Source: Candidatus Levyibacteriota bacterium
Lineage (GTDB): Bacteria; Patescibacteriota; Microgenomatia; Levybacterales; UBA12049
Assembly (NCBI GenBank): GCA_016182185.1
Contig: JACOXU010000001.1
Coordinates: forward strand, 402,915 to 466,914
Length of the DNA stretch: 64,000 bases
Reading direction: 5' to 3'
Shown: in pieces, positions 18,513 to 28,422 of the stretch
How positions within the stretch are numbered: the stretch's first letter is position 1
Layout of the letters: the number at the start of each line of letters is the position of its first letter
Notes under the pieces: model-generated
Seen by the model: the letters and a program-made list of their open reading frames with translations, nothing else
Told to the model about the DNA's origin: nothing
Databases searched by the model: none
Translations under genes and position numbers: made by a program

Positions 18513-19118
18513 TTATCTCGAATAATATTCAATAATCAACTGTAAATTAAAGGGGACTTGCAAGTCATCTTTTTTGGGAAATCGAAGAAGTTTCCCGACA
18601 TCTCCTTTTCTGGTCAAAAATGACAATAATTGTAAATCTTTATCCTCCAGTTTTTCTGCGACTACTGGAGTTTTTTTTATCTTTGATCTCAGCGTTATAA
18701 TATCATTAATCTTTACTGAATAGGATGGGATATTAACTATCTTATCATTCACAAGTACATGTCGATGGGATACAAGTTGTCTGGCCATAGCTCTTGAGCG
18801 GGTCATACCCAAACGATAAACAATATTATCAAGTCTTATTTCAAGAAGAGACATTAAAATCTCTCCCGTATCTCCCTTTTTACTAGCTGCTTTGTTGATT
18901 AATTTCCTGAATTGTTTTTCCAGAAGCCCGTAGGTAACCTTTACCTTCTGTTTTTCCCGAAGTTGCAAGCCGTATTCCGATAACCTCTTGCGTCTTTTTC
19001 GGCCATGAACACCTGGAGGAATATTTAATCTTCTTTTAAGACTGGCTGAACTTTTATCAAGAAGGTTCATTCCTTCTCTTCTTGCTAGCTTATGTTTTGA
19101 TCCTGTATATCTTGCCAT
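18513..19118 (-). CDS. rpsD: 30S ribosomal protein S4
   Basis: [16 protein letters not shown]...; S4 domain. Confidence 0.95.
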   Translation of the reverse strand: MARYTGSKHKLARREGMNLLDKSSASLKRRLNIPPGVHGRKRRKRLSEYGLQLREKQKVKVTYGLLEKQFRKLINKAASKKGDTGEILMSLLEIRLDNIVYRLGMTRSRAMARQLVSHRHVLVNDKIVNIPSYSVKINDIITLRSKIKKTPVVAEKLEDKDLQLLSFLTRKGDVGKLLRFPKKDDLQVPFNLQLIIEYYSR

Positions 19119-19528
19119 TATATTCTCCTTTTCTTTTTAGGTCTTGGTCCGTTGTGCGGAATTGGAGTGACATCTGAAATAAGTGAGATCGAAAGCCCTC
19201 CGCTTCTCACTGCCCGAAGAGCCGAATCTCGTCCAGAGCCCGGTCCCTTCACGAAAACATCAACAGTTTTTAAGCCTTTTTCCACTGCTTTTTTTACTGC
19301 CTTTTCAACTGCGATTGTAGCGGCATATGGAGTTGATTTCCTCGTACCTTTAAATCCGGCAGCACCCGCTGATCCCCAGGAGATCGTATCACCCGTACTG
19401 TTAGTGATAGTAATTAACGTATTATTAAAAGTAGCTGAAACATAAACTTTTCCATGCTCAGTTAACTTAACTCCTGATTTTTTTCTAGACTTGACTGCTG
19501 TTTTTGCTGATTGTTTCTTTTCTCTCAT
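19118..19528 (-). CDS. rpsK: 30S ribosomal protein S11
   Basis: [24 protein letters not shown]... Confidence 0.95.
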   Translation of the reverse strand: MREKKQSAKTAVKSRKKSGVKLTEHGKVYVSATFNNTLITITNSTGDTISWGSAGAAGFKGTRKSTPYAATIAVEKAVKKAVEKGLKTVDVFVKGPGSGRDSALRAVRSGGLSISLISDVTPIPHNGPRPKKKRRI

Positions 19529-19531
19529 AGA

Positions 19532-19933
19532 TTATTTTTTTTCGGTCGTAATGCCCATTTTTGCGGCAACTTCCTTTTTAATTGCTCCGATTGTAACTCT
19601 TTTTCCTCTTTTTGTTCTTGCATTACTTCTGGTTCTTTGACCTCTTACAGGAAGGTTTCTTGCATGTCTCAATCCTCTGTATGAAGCAATTTCTCTGAGT
19701 CTTTTAACATTTGATGTTATCTCTGCACGAAGATCTCCTTCAATCTTATAGCCTTCGAGAACTTTCTGAATTCTCTTTTGTTCATCTTCAGACAAAGATT
19801 TTACCCGTTTTGAACCATCCACATCTGCCTTTTTGAGAACTTCAACTACATTACCTCTTCCTATTCCATATAGATAGGAAAGTGCAATATCAATTCTTTT
19901 CTCATCCGGTATGTTAATTCCTGAAATTCTCAT
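19532..19933 (-). CDS. rpsM: 30S ribosomal protein S13
   Basis: The start was trimmed to MRISGINIP. The ORF-track N-terminus (to 19978) overlaps rpmJ and is an artefact. Confidence 0.9.
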   Translation of the reverse strand: MRISGINIPDEKRIDIALSYLYGIGRGNVVEVLKKADVDGSKRVKSLSEDEQKRIQKVLEGYKIEGDLRAEITSNVKRLREIASYRGLRHARNLPVRGQRTRSNARTKRGKRVTIGAIKKEVAAKMGITTEKK

Positions 19934-19937
19934 AATC

Positions 19938-20051
19938 TTATCCTTGTCTTTGCTTATGTCTAGGATTTTCGCACACAACGCGCAAAACTCCCCTTCGCTT
20001 AATAACTTTGCATTTCATGCATCTTGGTTTTACACTTGCTTGTACTTTCAT
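19938..20051 (-). CDS. rpmJ: 50S ribosomal protein L36 (37 aa; missed by the ORF track)
   Basis: The minus-strand translation is [37 protein letters not shown], with the C-x2-C...C...H zinc ribbon of L36. Confidence 0.85.
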   Translation of the reverse strand: MKVQASVKPRCMKCKVIKRRGVLRVVCENPRHKQRQG

Positions 20052-20066
20052 ATTAGTTATTAGTTA

Positions 20067-20282
20067 TTACTTATAGCGATAAACTATTCTTCCTTTGGTC
20101 TTGTCATATGGGGTCATCTCCAGACGTACCCTGTCTCCCGGTAAAATTTTGATGAAATTCATTCTCATTTTACCTGACAAATGACAAAGAACTATCACTC
20201 CTTCATTAAGCTCTACTCTGAATAGAGTATTGGGTAAAGATTCTTTAACTATTCCATCTACTTCGAACGATCCTTGATGAGC
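20067..20282 (-). CDS. infA: Translation initiation factor IF-1
   Basis: The start was trimmed to [13 protein letters not shown].... The ORF-track extension (MLTMWQFIF) overlies the promoter and palindrome and is an artefact. Confidence 0.9.
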   Translation of the reverse strand, partial: AHQGSFEVDGIVKESLPNTLFRVELNEGVIVLCHLSGKMRMNFIKILPGDRVRLEMTPYDKTKGRIVYRYK

Positions 20283-20300
20283 CATAAAAATAAATTGCCA

Positions 20301-20314
20301 CATTGTTAACAATG
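20301..20314. promoter_or_regulatory. Perfect 14-bp palindrome CATTGTTAACAATG in the infA leader
   Basis: It lies between the extended -10 (TTTGCTATAAT, minus strand, about 20322-20332) and the infA ATG. Confidence 0.3.
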
Positions 20315-20377
20315 CAACAATTTCTTAGAATTATAGCAAATTTACTCTCAAAGAACAACCTGTCTCTCAACGGTGAA

Positions 20378-21244
20378 CTATTTTGTCAAAATTACTGGCC
20401 CTTCTTTTGTGATAGCAATCGTTCTTTCAAAAAGACCTGAGATACTGCCGTCAGCTGTTTTAATTGTCCAGTTATCGTCCCTCGAAAGAATCACATCGCT
20501 TTTACCCATATTGTAAATTGCTTCAATTGCGATGGCCATCCCTTCAGAAAGTAAAGGTGTTTTGGCAACTTTTGATGTAAGAAATCCTGGAATTTCAGGC
20601 TCCTCATGTAGCTTTTTGCCTACTCCATGCCCAACGAGCGATCTAACCACGGAATAACCTTTACTCTCTATAATATTTTGAATTGTTTCTGAAATATTTC
20701 CAACTCTATTTCCTACCTTTGCCACCTTAATTGCTTCTCCGAGTGCTTTCTTTCCAGTCTGTAAAAATGTAATAAGTAAATCATAATTTTGGCGCGGGGA
20801 GCTTGCAAAATTTTTGCTGTGAGCATTTGCGCTAACTACCTTCTTGCTTTTCAAACCAAGATCACCCGCTTTGTGAACACGAAAATTTTCGGAAGCGACC
20901 TCAGCGTCAACTATTATTGTCTCTGCCATATCTGTATGAAATCCTTTGAAAAAAACTCCACAATCGATACCGACAATATCCCCATTTTTAAACTTATAAT
21001 TTGTTGGTATTCCATGAACAACCGCATTGTTTGTTGAGACACAAATTGAATATTTATAACCCTCGACTTTCTTAAAACCAGGTTCTGCGCCTTTTGATCT
21101 TATTAATTTTTCTGCCAGCTTATCAATCTCAATCTCAGAAACGCCTGGCTTAATATTTTGAAGAAGCTCAGATAAAACAGAGGCTAAAATTTCACCACCC
21201 TGCCTCATTTTTTTTATTTCTTCCTTGGATTTTAAATTAATCAT
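20378..21244 (-). CDS. map: Methionine aminopeptidase type 1, with an insertion of about 40 aa encoded by a repeat element
   Basis: Pita-bread fold motifs are present (GHGVG; metal ligands D, D, H, E, E). Confidence 0.9.
   Translation of the reverse strand: MINLKSKEEIKKMRQGGEILASVLSELLQNIKPGVSEIEIDKLAEKLIRSKGAEPGFKKVEGYKYSICVSTNNAVVHGIPTNYKFKNGDIVGIDCGVFFKGFHTDMAETIIVDAEVASENFRVHKAGDLGLKSKKVVSANAHSKNFASSPRQNYDLLITFLQTGKKALGEAIKVAKVGNRVGNISETIQNIIESKGYSVVRSLVGHGVGKKLHEEPEIPGFLTSKVAKTPLLSEGMAIAIEAIYNMGKSDVILSRDDNWTIKTADGSISGLFERTIAITKEGPVILTK
20791..20908. repeat. Palindromic repeat element, copy 2 (in-frame inside map)
   Basis: Nucleotide identity to 6968-7078 is about 75%. The terminal inverted repeats are GCTTGCAAAATTTTTG and CGAAAATTTTCGGAAGC. 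It encodes the two similar half-peptides ASENFRVHKAG and AHSKNFASSPR. Confidence 0.55.
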
Positions 21245-21920
21245 CTATAATTTTCCTTTCTTTTAATTCTTCCATGACTCTGTCAACAGTTTCTTCAATA
21301 GTCAAGTTTGTTGTATCAAGAACAAAAGCATCTTTCACAATGGTCAAAGGAGAAGCTTCTCTTTCCATATCAAGCATGTCCCTCCTTTGAGTATCACGCT
21401 TGACTTCTTCAATTGTTGTTTTTATTCCTTTTGCCAAAATCTGCTTTAATCTTCTTTGAGCTCGTACCTTAAGACCTGCAGTAAGGAAAATCTTAAGATC
21501 CGCATTAGGAATCACATCTGTGGCGCTGTCTCTTCCTTCGATGATTACTTTTCTCCCCTCTGCTACGTGCCTTTGTTTTTCGACCATCTGTCTTCTGACC
21601 TTAGCGTATGCTGCAATTATGGGCGTTGAATTGCTTACCTCTTTGGAAAAAATTTCATCAGAGACTTCCTTATCATTTAAATAAACACGGGTTCCATAGT
21701 CTGAAATTTTAAGATCTATTTTATTCCTGGAAAATACATCTAAGACTTGATCTTCTTTTCTCAAGTCAATTTTCTCTTGAAGACAGGAAAGAGTAAGGGC
21801 TCTATACATTCCTCCCGTATAAACATACAAAGCATTAAGTCTTTTTGATAAGGTAACTGCCAGAGTTCCCTTGCCGACTCCAACCGGCCCATCAATCGCT
21901 ATAGAAAAGTTTTTTTTCAT
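21237..21920 (-). CDS. cmk: Cytidylate kinase
   Basis: IAIDGPVGVGKGTLA with the typical CMP-kinase layout. Confidence 0.85.
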   Translation of the reverse strand: MKKNFSIAIDGPVGVGKGTLAVTLSKRLNALYVYTGGMYRALTLSCLQEKIDLRKEDQVLDVFSRNKIDLKISDYGTRVYLNDKEVSDEIFSKEVSNSTPIIAAYAKVRRQMVEKQRHVAEGRKVIIEGRDSATDVIPNADLKIFLTAGLKVRAQRRLKQILAKGIKTTIEEVKRDTQRRDMLDMEREASPLTIVKDAFVLDTTNLTIEETVDRVMEELKERKIIDD

Positions 21921-22483
21921 ATCTTTTTAAAAAATTTATTTAATTTATTTTCAAAAGTTTTGTAATCAAGATTATTTTTTACTATAAAATCTGCTGCCTT
22001 TATACAAGCTGCAACTTGTAATCCTGTATCCTTTTGACCTAATCCTTGATCGCGGCGATCAATTTTTTTAAAAAGTTCAAATGTCAGTCTTTCACGTCTT
22101 TTTAGATTTTTCAACCTTTCGAACCTATTTTTTTTGCTTGATACGATGGCTATCAATATAAAATTCTTTATTTTTTTAAATTCTTTTACCTCTCCTTTAT
22201 TTCTTATGCCATCAACCACAGACTTTTTAATTCCTTTTTTCCCAAGATATTCAAGTGTTTTTTTTGCCAAAATACCAACGCCGTATCTCTTTCTCCATTC
22301 ATTGCCAATATCCTGCAATATCTTTCTGGTTATTTTTTGAAAGCCTCTTTTTCTAGCTTCCTCTTCAAGAAATGACGAGAGAATAATTTTCGTAAATCCT
22401 CTCCTTTCAAAAAAAGAGGAAGCCGCTGATTTCCCGCTTCCAAATCCTCCAGTTATCCCAATAATAAAAATTTTATTTCCCAA
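21917..22483 (-). CDS. Dephospho-CoA kinase-like P-loop kinase
   Basis: IIGITGGFGSGKSAAS resembles CoaE (IGLTGGIGSGKS). Confidence 0.55.
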   Translation of the reverse strand: MGNKIFIIGITGGFGSGKSAASSFFERRGFTKIILSSFLEEEARKRGFQKITRKILQDIGNEWRKRYGVGILAKKTLEYLGKKGIKKSVVDGIRNKGEVKEFKKIKNFILIAIVSSKKNRFERLKNLKRRERLTFELFKKIDRRDQGLGQKDTGLQVAACIKAADFIVKNNLDYKTFENKLNKFFKKI

Positions 22484-23018
22484 GTTTGGTCAGAATATCT
22501 TCGTGTATCTCTTCAATTGCCCTCTCGCCGTCTATTTCTATAAGAATTCCTTTTTTTCGGTAGTAGTCAAAAACGGGTTTTGTAAGTTTGTGAAAAAGTT
22601 CAATTCTCTTAGCAATGGCCGATGGCGTTTCGTCTTCCCGGACCCCATTATCTCCGTTTCGAAAACTTAGTCTTTTAAGAGCCTCCCCATCAGAAACTTT
22701 TAAATAGATAACTTTATCTGCTCCATCTTTAAAAAACTCAGCTTGCGCAATTGTTCTTGGAAACCCATCGATTATATAACCATTTTTATATTCCTGTCTT
22801 TTTAAATATTCATCAACTATTGCAACTGTTTTCTTGTCGGGTATAAGATAACCGGCATTCATGACTTCTTTTATATACCGGCCTATTTTTGTCTTTTCTT
22901 TTGCAAGTTCTCTAAAAATATGACCCGTGGAAAGATATGGAATTTTTAATTTCTCAGAAAGAAGATTTCCCTGTGTTGATTTTCCTGCGCCTTGAATCCC
23001 AATAAGAACTATTTTCAT
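22473..23018 (-). CDS. adk: Adenylate kinase (short form)
   Basis: MKIVLIGIQGAGKSTQ... Confidence 0.9.
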   Translation of the reverse strand: MKIVLIGIQGAGKSTQGNLLSEKLKIPYLSTGHIFRELAKEKTKIGRYIKEVMNAGYLIPDKKTVAIVDEYLKRQEYKNGYIIDGFPRTIAQAEFFKDGADKVIYLKVSDGEALKRLSFRNGDNGVREDETPSAIAKRIELFHKLTKPVFDYYRKKGILIEIDGERAIEEIHEDILTKLGK

Positions 23019-23022
23019 ATGA

Positions 23023-24309
23023 TTATTTGGCGTATGAGTCGTAATTTCGCATCACGAGCTGTGCCTCAATTGCCTTTATAGTCTCAAGTACGACAGAGAC
23101 GACGATCAGAATTCCAGTTCCCCCCAAAAGCAAATTGGGCACGTTTGTGAATGCTTGAGCTACTGTAGGAAGAATCGCAATAATACCCAAAAATATTGCC
23201 CCTACTAAAGTGATTCTCGTTAAGATGTAATTCAGGTATGACGCGGTAGGTGATCCAGGTCTTATTCCCGGAATAAATCCTCCATATTTTTGAATTTCAT
23301 CAGCTATTTTTTTGGGATTAAATATTACTGCCGTATAAAAATAAGTAAATCCTACTACAAGTAAAAAATATAAACCGTTGTATAATATTCCAGTTGGATT
23401 AAACCAAACAGCAATCGTTGAAGAGACGTTACGAAGCGCCACATTACTTGAGGCAGATAAATAATTTGCCACAAGAGAGGGCATGAGCACCAAAGATACT
23501 GCAAAAATAATTGGAATAACTCCTGCCTGATTAAGTCTTAAGGGAAGATGTGTAGACTGCCCCCCATACATCTTATTACCCCTGACTCTTTTTGCATAAT
23601 ATACGGCAATTTGTCTCGTTGCTTCATTTATAACAACTATTGATGCGATTACAATAGTTCCCATCACGGCAAAAATTATGGTGTTGGTAAAATTTTCGGG
23701 TGTCAAAGTCGACAGGGTTTGTCCAAATACCACAGGAACTCTGCCGACTATACCTGCAAAAATAAGAATCGATATTCCGTTTCCTATCCCTTTTTCTGAA
23801 ATTAACTCTCCAAACCACATAAGAAGAAGGGTTCCGGCAACCATGGTTATCATAAATGCTATGAGATTAAGAGGTTGCAAAACTGAGATTATATTTTGAT
23901 TTCGAAGAAGGGCATACATTCCGACCGCCTGGAGCCCTGCAAGGGGAACGGTAAGCATTCTCGTATATTGATTAATTTTTTGTCTTCCCGTCTCGCCTTC
24001 TTTTGCCAACTCTTCAAGCTTTGGAAACACTAATTGTAAAAGCTGAAGTATAATTGAGGCATTAATATATGGATTAAGTCCAAGAGCCATTACGGAAAAA
24101 TTCGAAAGGGTTCCACCTGAAAAAATATCTAAAAGTCCCAAAAATTGATTTTGTGAGAAAAGAATTTTAAGTTGTTCAAGGTTTACTCCGGGAACCGGGA
24201 TATGGGCGAAAACTCTGAAGACGACAAAGATAAGAGCTGTAAAAAGAAGTTTTTTTCTAACATCGGGTGTTTTTATGCTGTTTTTGAAAATTGAAAGAAT
24301 TCTTTCCAT
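23023..24309 (-). CDS. secY: Protein translocase subunit SecY
   Basis: A 428-aa protein with ten transmembrane segments, in the SecY position after rplO. Confidence 0.95.
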   Translation of the reverse strand: MERILSIFKNSIKTPDVRKKLLFTALIFVVFRVFAHIPVPGVNLEQLKILFSQNQFLGLLDIFSGGTLSNFSVMALGLNPYINASIILQLLQLVFPKLEELAKEGETGRQKINQYTRMLTVPLAGLQAVGMYALLRNQNIISVLQPLNLIAFMITMVAGTLLLMWFGELISEKGIGNGISILIFAGIVGRVPVVFGQTLSTLTPENFTNTIIFAVMGTIVIASIVVINEATRQIAVYYAKRVRGNKMYGGQSTHLPLRLNQAGVIPIIFAVSLVLMPSLVANYLSASSNVALRNVSSTIAVWFNPTGILYNGLYFLLVVGFTYFYTAVIFNPKKIADEIQKYGGFIPGIRPGSPTASYLNYILTRITLVGAIFLGIIAILPTVAQAFTNVPNLLLGGTGILIVVSVVLETIKAIEAQLVMRNYDSYAK

Positions 24310-24317
24310 TTTATTTT

Positions 24318-24764
24318 TTAATTAGCTGTCTCAATATGACCGCCAGCTTTTTTGACTTTTAAAGATGCGCCTTTTGATATGGGTAATTTAACCGTCAACG
24401 GTAAATTTAAGCTTCCTTCACCCAAAATCTTAACTCCATATATTTTAGCATCCTTTTCATCAACTATTCGATGACTAATTAGGGTCTTAAGATCAACTAC
24501 TGTATCTTTCTTAAGGGTATTAAGCACTTTAATATTGACAGCGATTGGTTTTTTCTTAAAAACTTTATTCTTACCTTTCCCTCGTCTAAAGGGTAGCCTT
24601 TTTATAAGAGGAAGGGCTCCGCCTTCGAAGGTGAGTGAAATTTTCCCTCTTGCTTTTTGCCCTTTTGTTCCGCGGCCTGCCGTTTTACCACGGCCTGACC
24701 CATGACCTTGACCCAGACGCCGTTTTTCCTTTTTAGTAATTTTACGAAGTTTATTAAGTTCCAT
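24318..24764 (-). CDS. rplO: 50S ribosomal protein L15
   Basis: Gly/Arg-rich N-terminus [20 protein letters not shown]. Confidence 0.9.
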   Translation of the reverse strand: MELNKLRKITKKEKRRLGQGHGSGRGKTAGRGTKGQKARGKISLTFEGGALPLIKRLPFRRGKGKNKVFKKKPIAVNIKVLNTLKKDTVVDLKTLISHRIVDEKDAKIYGVKILGEGSLNLPLTVKLPISKGASLKVKKAGGHIETAN

Positions 24765-24766
24765 AA

Positions 24767-25243
24767 TTAATCCTTTTCAACAATTTTTTTGTAACGCTTG
24801 GAAAGCTGCGTTAGTGCTTCAAGAGTTGCATATACGTTACTTGCTTGATTATTTGTTCCTAAAACTTTTGAAGAAATATTTTCAATTCCCGCCGCTGTAA
24901 CGACGCTTCTTACTGCACCGCCCGCGATAACTCCGCTTCCAGAGGGAGCAGGCTTAAGAAGTATTTTGGCTGCACCTAATTTAATGCTTGTCTTAAATGG
25001 AATAGTTCCTCTTATAATTGGGACCTCTATTAAATGTTTTTTGGCAGCTGCAATTCCTTTTTTTATGGCAAGAGAGACATCAGGTGCTTTTCCAAGCCCT
25101 ACTCCAACTTTTCCCCTCTTGTCTCCTACGACCATCAAAACCGAAAAACCGATCTTGTTTCCACCCTTTGTCTTTTTGGAAACTCTATTTACCTGAATAA
25201 TCTTCTCTTCAAACCCATTTTCTGTAAAATCTTGTTGTGCCAT
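24767..25243 (-). CDS. rpsE: 30S ribosomal protein S5
   Basis: S5 double-stranded RNA-binding and C-terminal domains. Only 2 nt separate it from rplO. Confidence 0.95.
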   Translation of the reverse strand: MAQQDFTENGFEEKIIQVNRVSKKTKGGNKIGFSVLMVVGDKRGKVGVGLGKAPDVSLAIKKGIAAAKKHLIEVPIIRGTIPFKTSIKLGAAKILLKPAPSGSGVIAGGAVRSVVTAAGIENISSKVLGTNNQASNVYATLEALTQLSKRYKKIVEKD

Positions 25244-25590
25244 TAAAATACCAAACCTCCTTCCCTTGCTCCTTCAGCAAGTGCCTTTATTCTTCCATGA
25301 TATTTATAGCTTCCTCTATCAAAAATTACATTTTTAATTTTCTTTGCAGTTGCTTTCTTGGCAAGAAAAAGTCCCAAGATCTTCGCTTGATCGATCTTGC
25401 TACCTGATACCTTTTTGTCAATGTTTTTTTCAGATACTCCCAAAATCGTATCCCCCTTTTCATCATTAATAATTTGAGCATATATTAACTTATTAGACCT
25501 GAATACAGAAAGTCTAGGTCTTTGGCTAGTACCTTTTATTTTTGCTCTAATTCTCTTTTTTCGAATTTCCTTTCTTCCTAACATATTCAT
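25243..25590 (-). CDS. rplR: 50S ribosomal protein L18
   Basis: KRIRAKIKGTSQRPRLSVFRSNK... Confidence 0.9.
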   Translation of the reverse strand: MNMLGRKEIRKKRIRAKIKGTSQRPRLSVFRSNKLIYAQIINDEKGDTILGVSEKNIDKKVSGSKIDQAKILGLFLAKKATAKKIKNVIFDRGSYKYHGRIKALAEGAREGGLVF

Positions 25591-26141
25591 TACTTTGTTC
25601 CTACGGCTTTTGCAGCTTTTCCTGCTTTTCTTCTTATCTTTTCGCCCTTGTATTTTATTCCCTTACCTTTATAGGGTTCGGGTGGTCGAATTGATCTTAT
25701 TTTAGACGCAATATCTCCAACTAGTGCCTTATCCATGCCAGAGATAATAATATTATTCTCGGCAACTGAGAGCTTGATCCCCTCAGGGGGAGTTATTTTA
25801 ACCGGGTGGGAGAAACCAAGATGAAGCGTTAGGTCAGCGCCTACAATTTGTGCTCTATATCCAACTCCTGAAAGCTCGAGTCTTTTCTCGAATCCCTCCG
25901 ATACTCCTATAACCATATTATTTATCATAGATCTAGTTAGACCATATAATGCCTTATTTTCTTCTTTATTCTTATTCTTTTGACTTATTTGAATCTTGTT
26001 TTCAGAAATATCTACGCTTACCCCATTTGGAATCTTAAATAAAAGTGAACCTTTAGGACCCGTAATTTTTACTTCATGCCCTTGTACTTGAGCAGATACT
26101 CCCTCCTTTACCGAAACAGGCTTTTTTCCGATTTTTGACAT
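25590..26141 (-). CDS. rplF: 50S ribosomal protein L6
   Basis: MSKIGKKPVSV...; two L6 domains. Confidence 0.9.
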   Translation of the reverse strand: MSKIGKKPVSVKEGVSAQVQGHEVKITGPKGSLLFKIPNGVSVDISENKIQISQKNKNKEENKALYGLTRSMINNMVIGVSEGFEKRLELSGVGYRAQIVGADLTLHLGFSHPVKITPPEGIKLSVAENNIIISGMDKALVGDIASKIRSIRPPEPYKGKGIKYKGEKIRRKAGKAAKAVGTK

Positions 26142-26144
26142 AAT

Positions 26145-26537
26145 TTACCAGATCTTAAACAAGACCTCTCCTCCTATTCCTTTCTTGAATGCTTCATGCC
26201 CTGTCATTATCCCCTGACTGGTTGAAAGGATCATTGTATACATTCCTTTTTTCTGAGCATCTAAAATATTTTTCTTGGCATTATAAACTCTAAGAGAAGG
26301 TTTGGAAACAAGTTCAACATCAGTTAAGACTGGTATTCTGTTCTTGTATTTTATTTTTACCTGAAAGACTTTCTTGTTCCCCATTGTTTTTTCCTTTATT
26401 TCTTCTAGGAATCCTTCTTTTATTAATACTTTTGCGATGTCCTTATTAATATTTGCAAATGAAACCATTGTATCTTTTCGCCTGGCCAAGGCTGCATTTT
26501 TTATTCTTATAATAAAATCAGAAACTGTATGATTCAT
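26145..26537 (-). CDS. rpsH: 30S ribosomal protein S8
   Basis: TVSDFIIRIKNA... Confidence 0.9.
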   Translation of the reverse strand: MNHTVSDFIIRIKNAALARRKDTMVSFANINKDIAKVLIKEGFLEEIKEKTMGNKKVFQVKIKYKNRIPVLTDVELVSKPSLRVYNAKKNILDAQKKGMYTMILSTSQGIMTGHEAFKKGIGGEVLFKIW

Positions 26538-26547
26538 AATTTATTTT

Positions 26548-26733
26548 TTACCAGGTAGACTTGATTACGCCTGGTAATTCCCCCTTTGATGCCAACTCTC
26601 GAAAACAAATTCTGCAAAGACCGAATCTTCTCATGTAGGAACGGGCTCTACCGCATAAATTACATCGGTTGCGGTGCCTTGTTGAGAATTTTTGTTTTTT
26701 CTTAAATTTGACTATGTCAGATACTTTAGCCAT
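26548..26733 (-). CDS. rpsZ: 30S ribosomal protein S14 type Z (zinc-binding)
   Basis: A 61-aa protein with [23 protein letters not shown]. Confidence 0.9.
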   Translation of the reverse strand: MAKVSDIVKFKKKQKFSTRHRNRCNLCGRARSYMRRFGLCRICFRELASKGELPGVIKSTW

Positions 26734-26735
26734 GT

Positions 26736-27296
26736 TTAATTTTTTACTCCTTTCTGAAACGGCATTCCAAGCGCTTGAAGAAGCGCATACCCTTCATCTT
26801 TATTTTTAGCCGTTGTAACAATAGTTATTTCAAGACCCTGTCCTATTAAAGCAGTGTCTATTTTACCTACGTCTATTTCCGGAAAAACACTTGAATCAGT
26901 AAATCCTAAGGTATAGTTGCCCATATTATCAAAACTTTCTTTTTTTACACCATGAAAATCCCTAAGTCTTGGCAGAACGACATTTACTAATTTTTCATAA
27001 AAATCATACATTCTATTTCCGCGCAACGTCACCATGAGCCCGATTTTATCTCCTTCCCTTAGTTTGAAGGTTGCTATTGATTTTCGGGCGGCTGTAACTT
27101 TCGGCTTCTGTCCGGTAATTTGTTCTAATGCGCCAAGGGCTACTTCAAGATTTTTTTTGTCTGCCAAAACGTTTCTTACTCCGACATTAATAACTATTTT
27201 TGAAAGAGAAGGTATTGCCTGTCTATTTGCAATTCCTAATTCTTTACTAAGTCTGGATAAAATTTCTTCTTTAAATTTTTTTTGCAAATTTGTCAT
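26736..27296 (-). CDS. rplE: 50S ribosomal protein L5
   Basis: L5 signature. Confidence 0.95.
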   Translation of the reverse strand: MTNLQKKFKEEILSRLSKELGIANRQAIPSLSKIVINVGVRNVLADKKNLEVALGALEQITGQKPKVTAARKSIATFKLREGDKIGLMVTLRGNRMYDFYEKLVNVVLPRLRDFHGVKKESFDNMGNYTLGFTDSSVFPEIDVGKIDTALIGQGLEITIVTTAKNKDEGYALLQALGMPFQKGVKN

Positions 27297-27300
27297 AATT

Positions 27301-27606
27301 TTAAATTACCTGTTGGCATCTCCTGCATATTCTTATTTTTTCATTACCTTTCATATCAAATCCTACGCGGGCTGGTAAATGACATTTGGGGCATACTAGA
27401 ATTACATTTGCCAAAGCAATCGGTTTTGTCAAAGTGATTATCTCAGACGGCTGGCTTTGAGATCTTGCCTTTAAATGTCTTTTATACAGATTAACACCTG
27501 GAATGACCACCTTTTTGGTTTTGGAAAAAATTTTTTCTATTTTTCCGGTCTTTCCCTTATCTTTTCCTCTTATAATTTTGACTTCGTCGCCCTTTTTAAG
27601 CTTCAT
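27301..27606 (-). CDS. rplX: 50S ribosomal protein L24, with a C-terminal C4 zinc-ribbon-like insertion
   Basis: KOW motif GDEVKIIRGKDKGKTGKI, and CPKCH...CRRC. Confidence 0.85.
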   Translation of the reverse strand: MKLKKGDEVKIIRGKDKGKTGKIEKIFSKTKKVVIPGVNLYKRHLKARSQSQPSEIITLTKPIALANVILVCPKCHLPARVGFDMKGNEKIRICRRCQQVI

Positions 27607-27610
27607 ATTT

Positions 27611-27985
27611 TTATAATACCTCCATAGCCATACTGGCTATTTTATTGAATCCCTTTTCCTTTACTTCTCTGGCAATTGGACCGAAAATTCTTGTTGCCCT
27701 TGGGTTTTTGTCTTTCATATTATCGATGACGACCGCTGCATTGTCGGAAAATCTGATATAAGAACCATCGTTTCTTCGCTGTTCTTTTCTTGCTCTTACC
27801 AAAACACATTTTACCATTTCTTTCTGTTTTACTTGACCATTGGGATTGGCCTCTTTTACAACACAATTTAACACATCGCCTATATGCCCAAATTTTCGTT
27901 TTGATCCGCCGTAAATATGAATAACCATTAGTCTTTTGGCTCCAGAGTTATCTGCTGATTTAAGAATTGTTCTATGCTGTATCAT
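27611..27985 (-). CDS. rplN: 50S ribosomal protein L14
   Basis: [17 protein letters not shown]... Confidence 0.95.
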   Translation of the reverse strand: MIQHRTILKSADNSGAKRLMVIHIYGGSKRKFGHIGDVLNCVVKEANPNGQVKQKEMVKCVLVRARKEQRRNDGSYIRFSDNAAVVIDNMKDKNPRATRIFGPIAREVKEKGFNKIASMAMEVL

Positions 27986-28218
27986 TATTTAACTTTCTCC
28001 AATATTCTGAAATGCTTATCCTTCGAGATTGGACGTGTTTCAGCAATTTTTACCGTATCTCCTATTGCAACGTCCAATTCTCCAACATCAGATTTGTATT
28101 TTTTGCCTCTCTTAAGAAGCTTTTTATACAAAGGGTGAGCAGTTCGGCGTGTCACTTCAACTACCGCTGTTTTATTCATCTTTACTGAAATAACTGTTCC
28201 TTTAAATATTTTTCGCAT
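27985..28218 (-). CDS. rpsQ: 30S ribosomal protein S17
   Basis: [19 protein letters not shown]... Confidence 0.9.
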   Translation of the reverse strand: MRKIFKGTVISVKMNKTAVVEVTRRTAHPLYKKLLKRGKKYKSDVGELDVAIGDTVKIAETRPISKDKHFRILEKVK

Positions 28219-28420
28219 TTTTAAACAACTCCTTTTCTTTTAATAGTGTCAGGATTATTGCAATTTCTTTTTTCTTCCAAAAAACTGATCGTGTATTTTT
28301 AAGCTTTTTTTGTATAAGTTCTTGTTTTAACAAAAAAAGTTCGTCTCTTTTTTCTATTAGTAATGTTTTAAGTTCAGACGCTGTTTTTGCTGAAAATGTT
28401 TTCTTGTCTTTTATTTTCAT
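28202..28420 (-). CDS. rpmC: 50S ribosomal protein L29
   Basis: A 72-aa helical protein in the conserved position between rplP and rpsQ. Confidence 0.75.
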   Translation of the reverse strand: MKIKDKKTFSAKTASELKTLLIEKRDELFLLKQELIQKKLKNTRSVFWKKKEIAIILTLLKEKELFKNAKNI

Positions 28421-28422
28421 AT

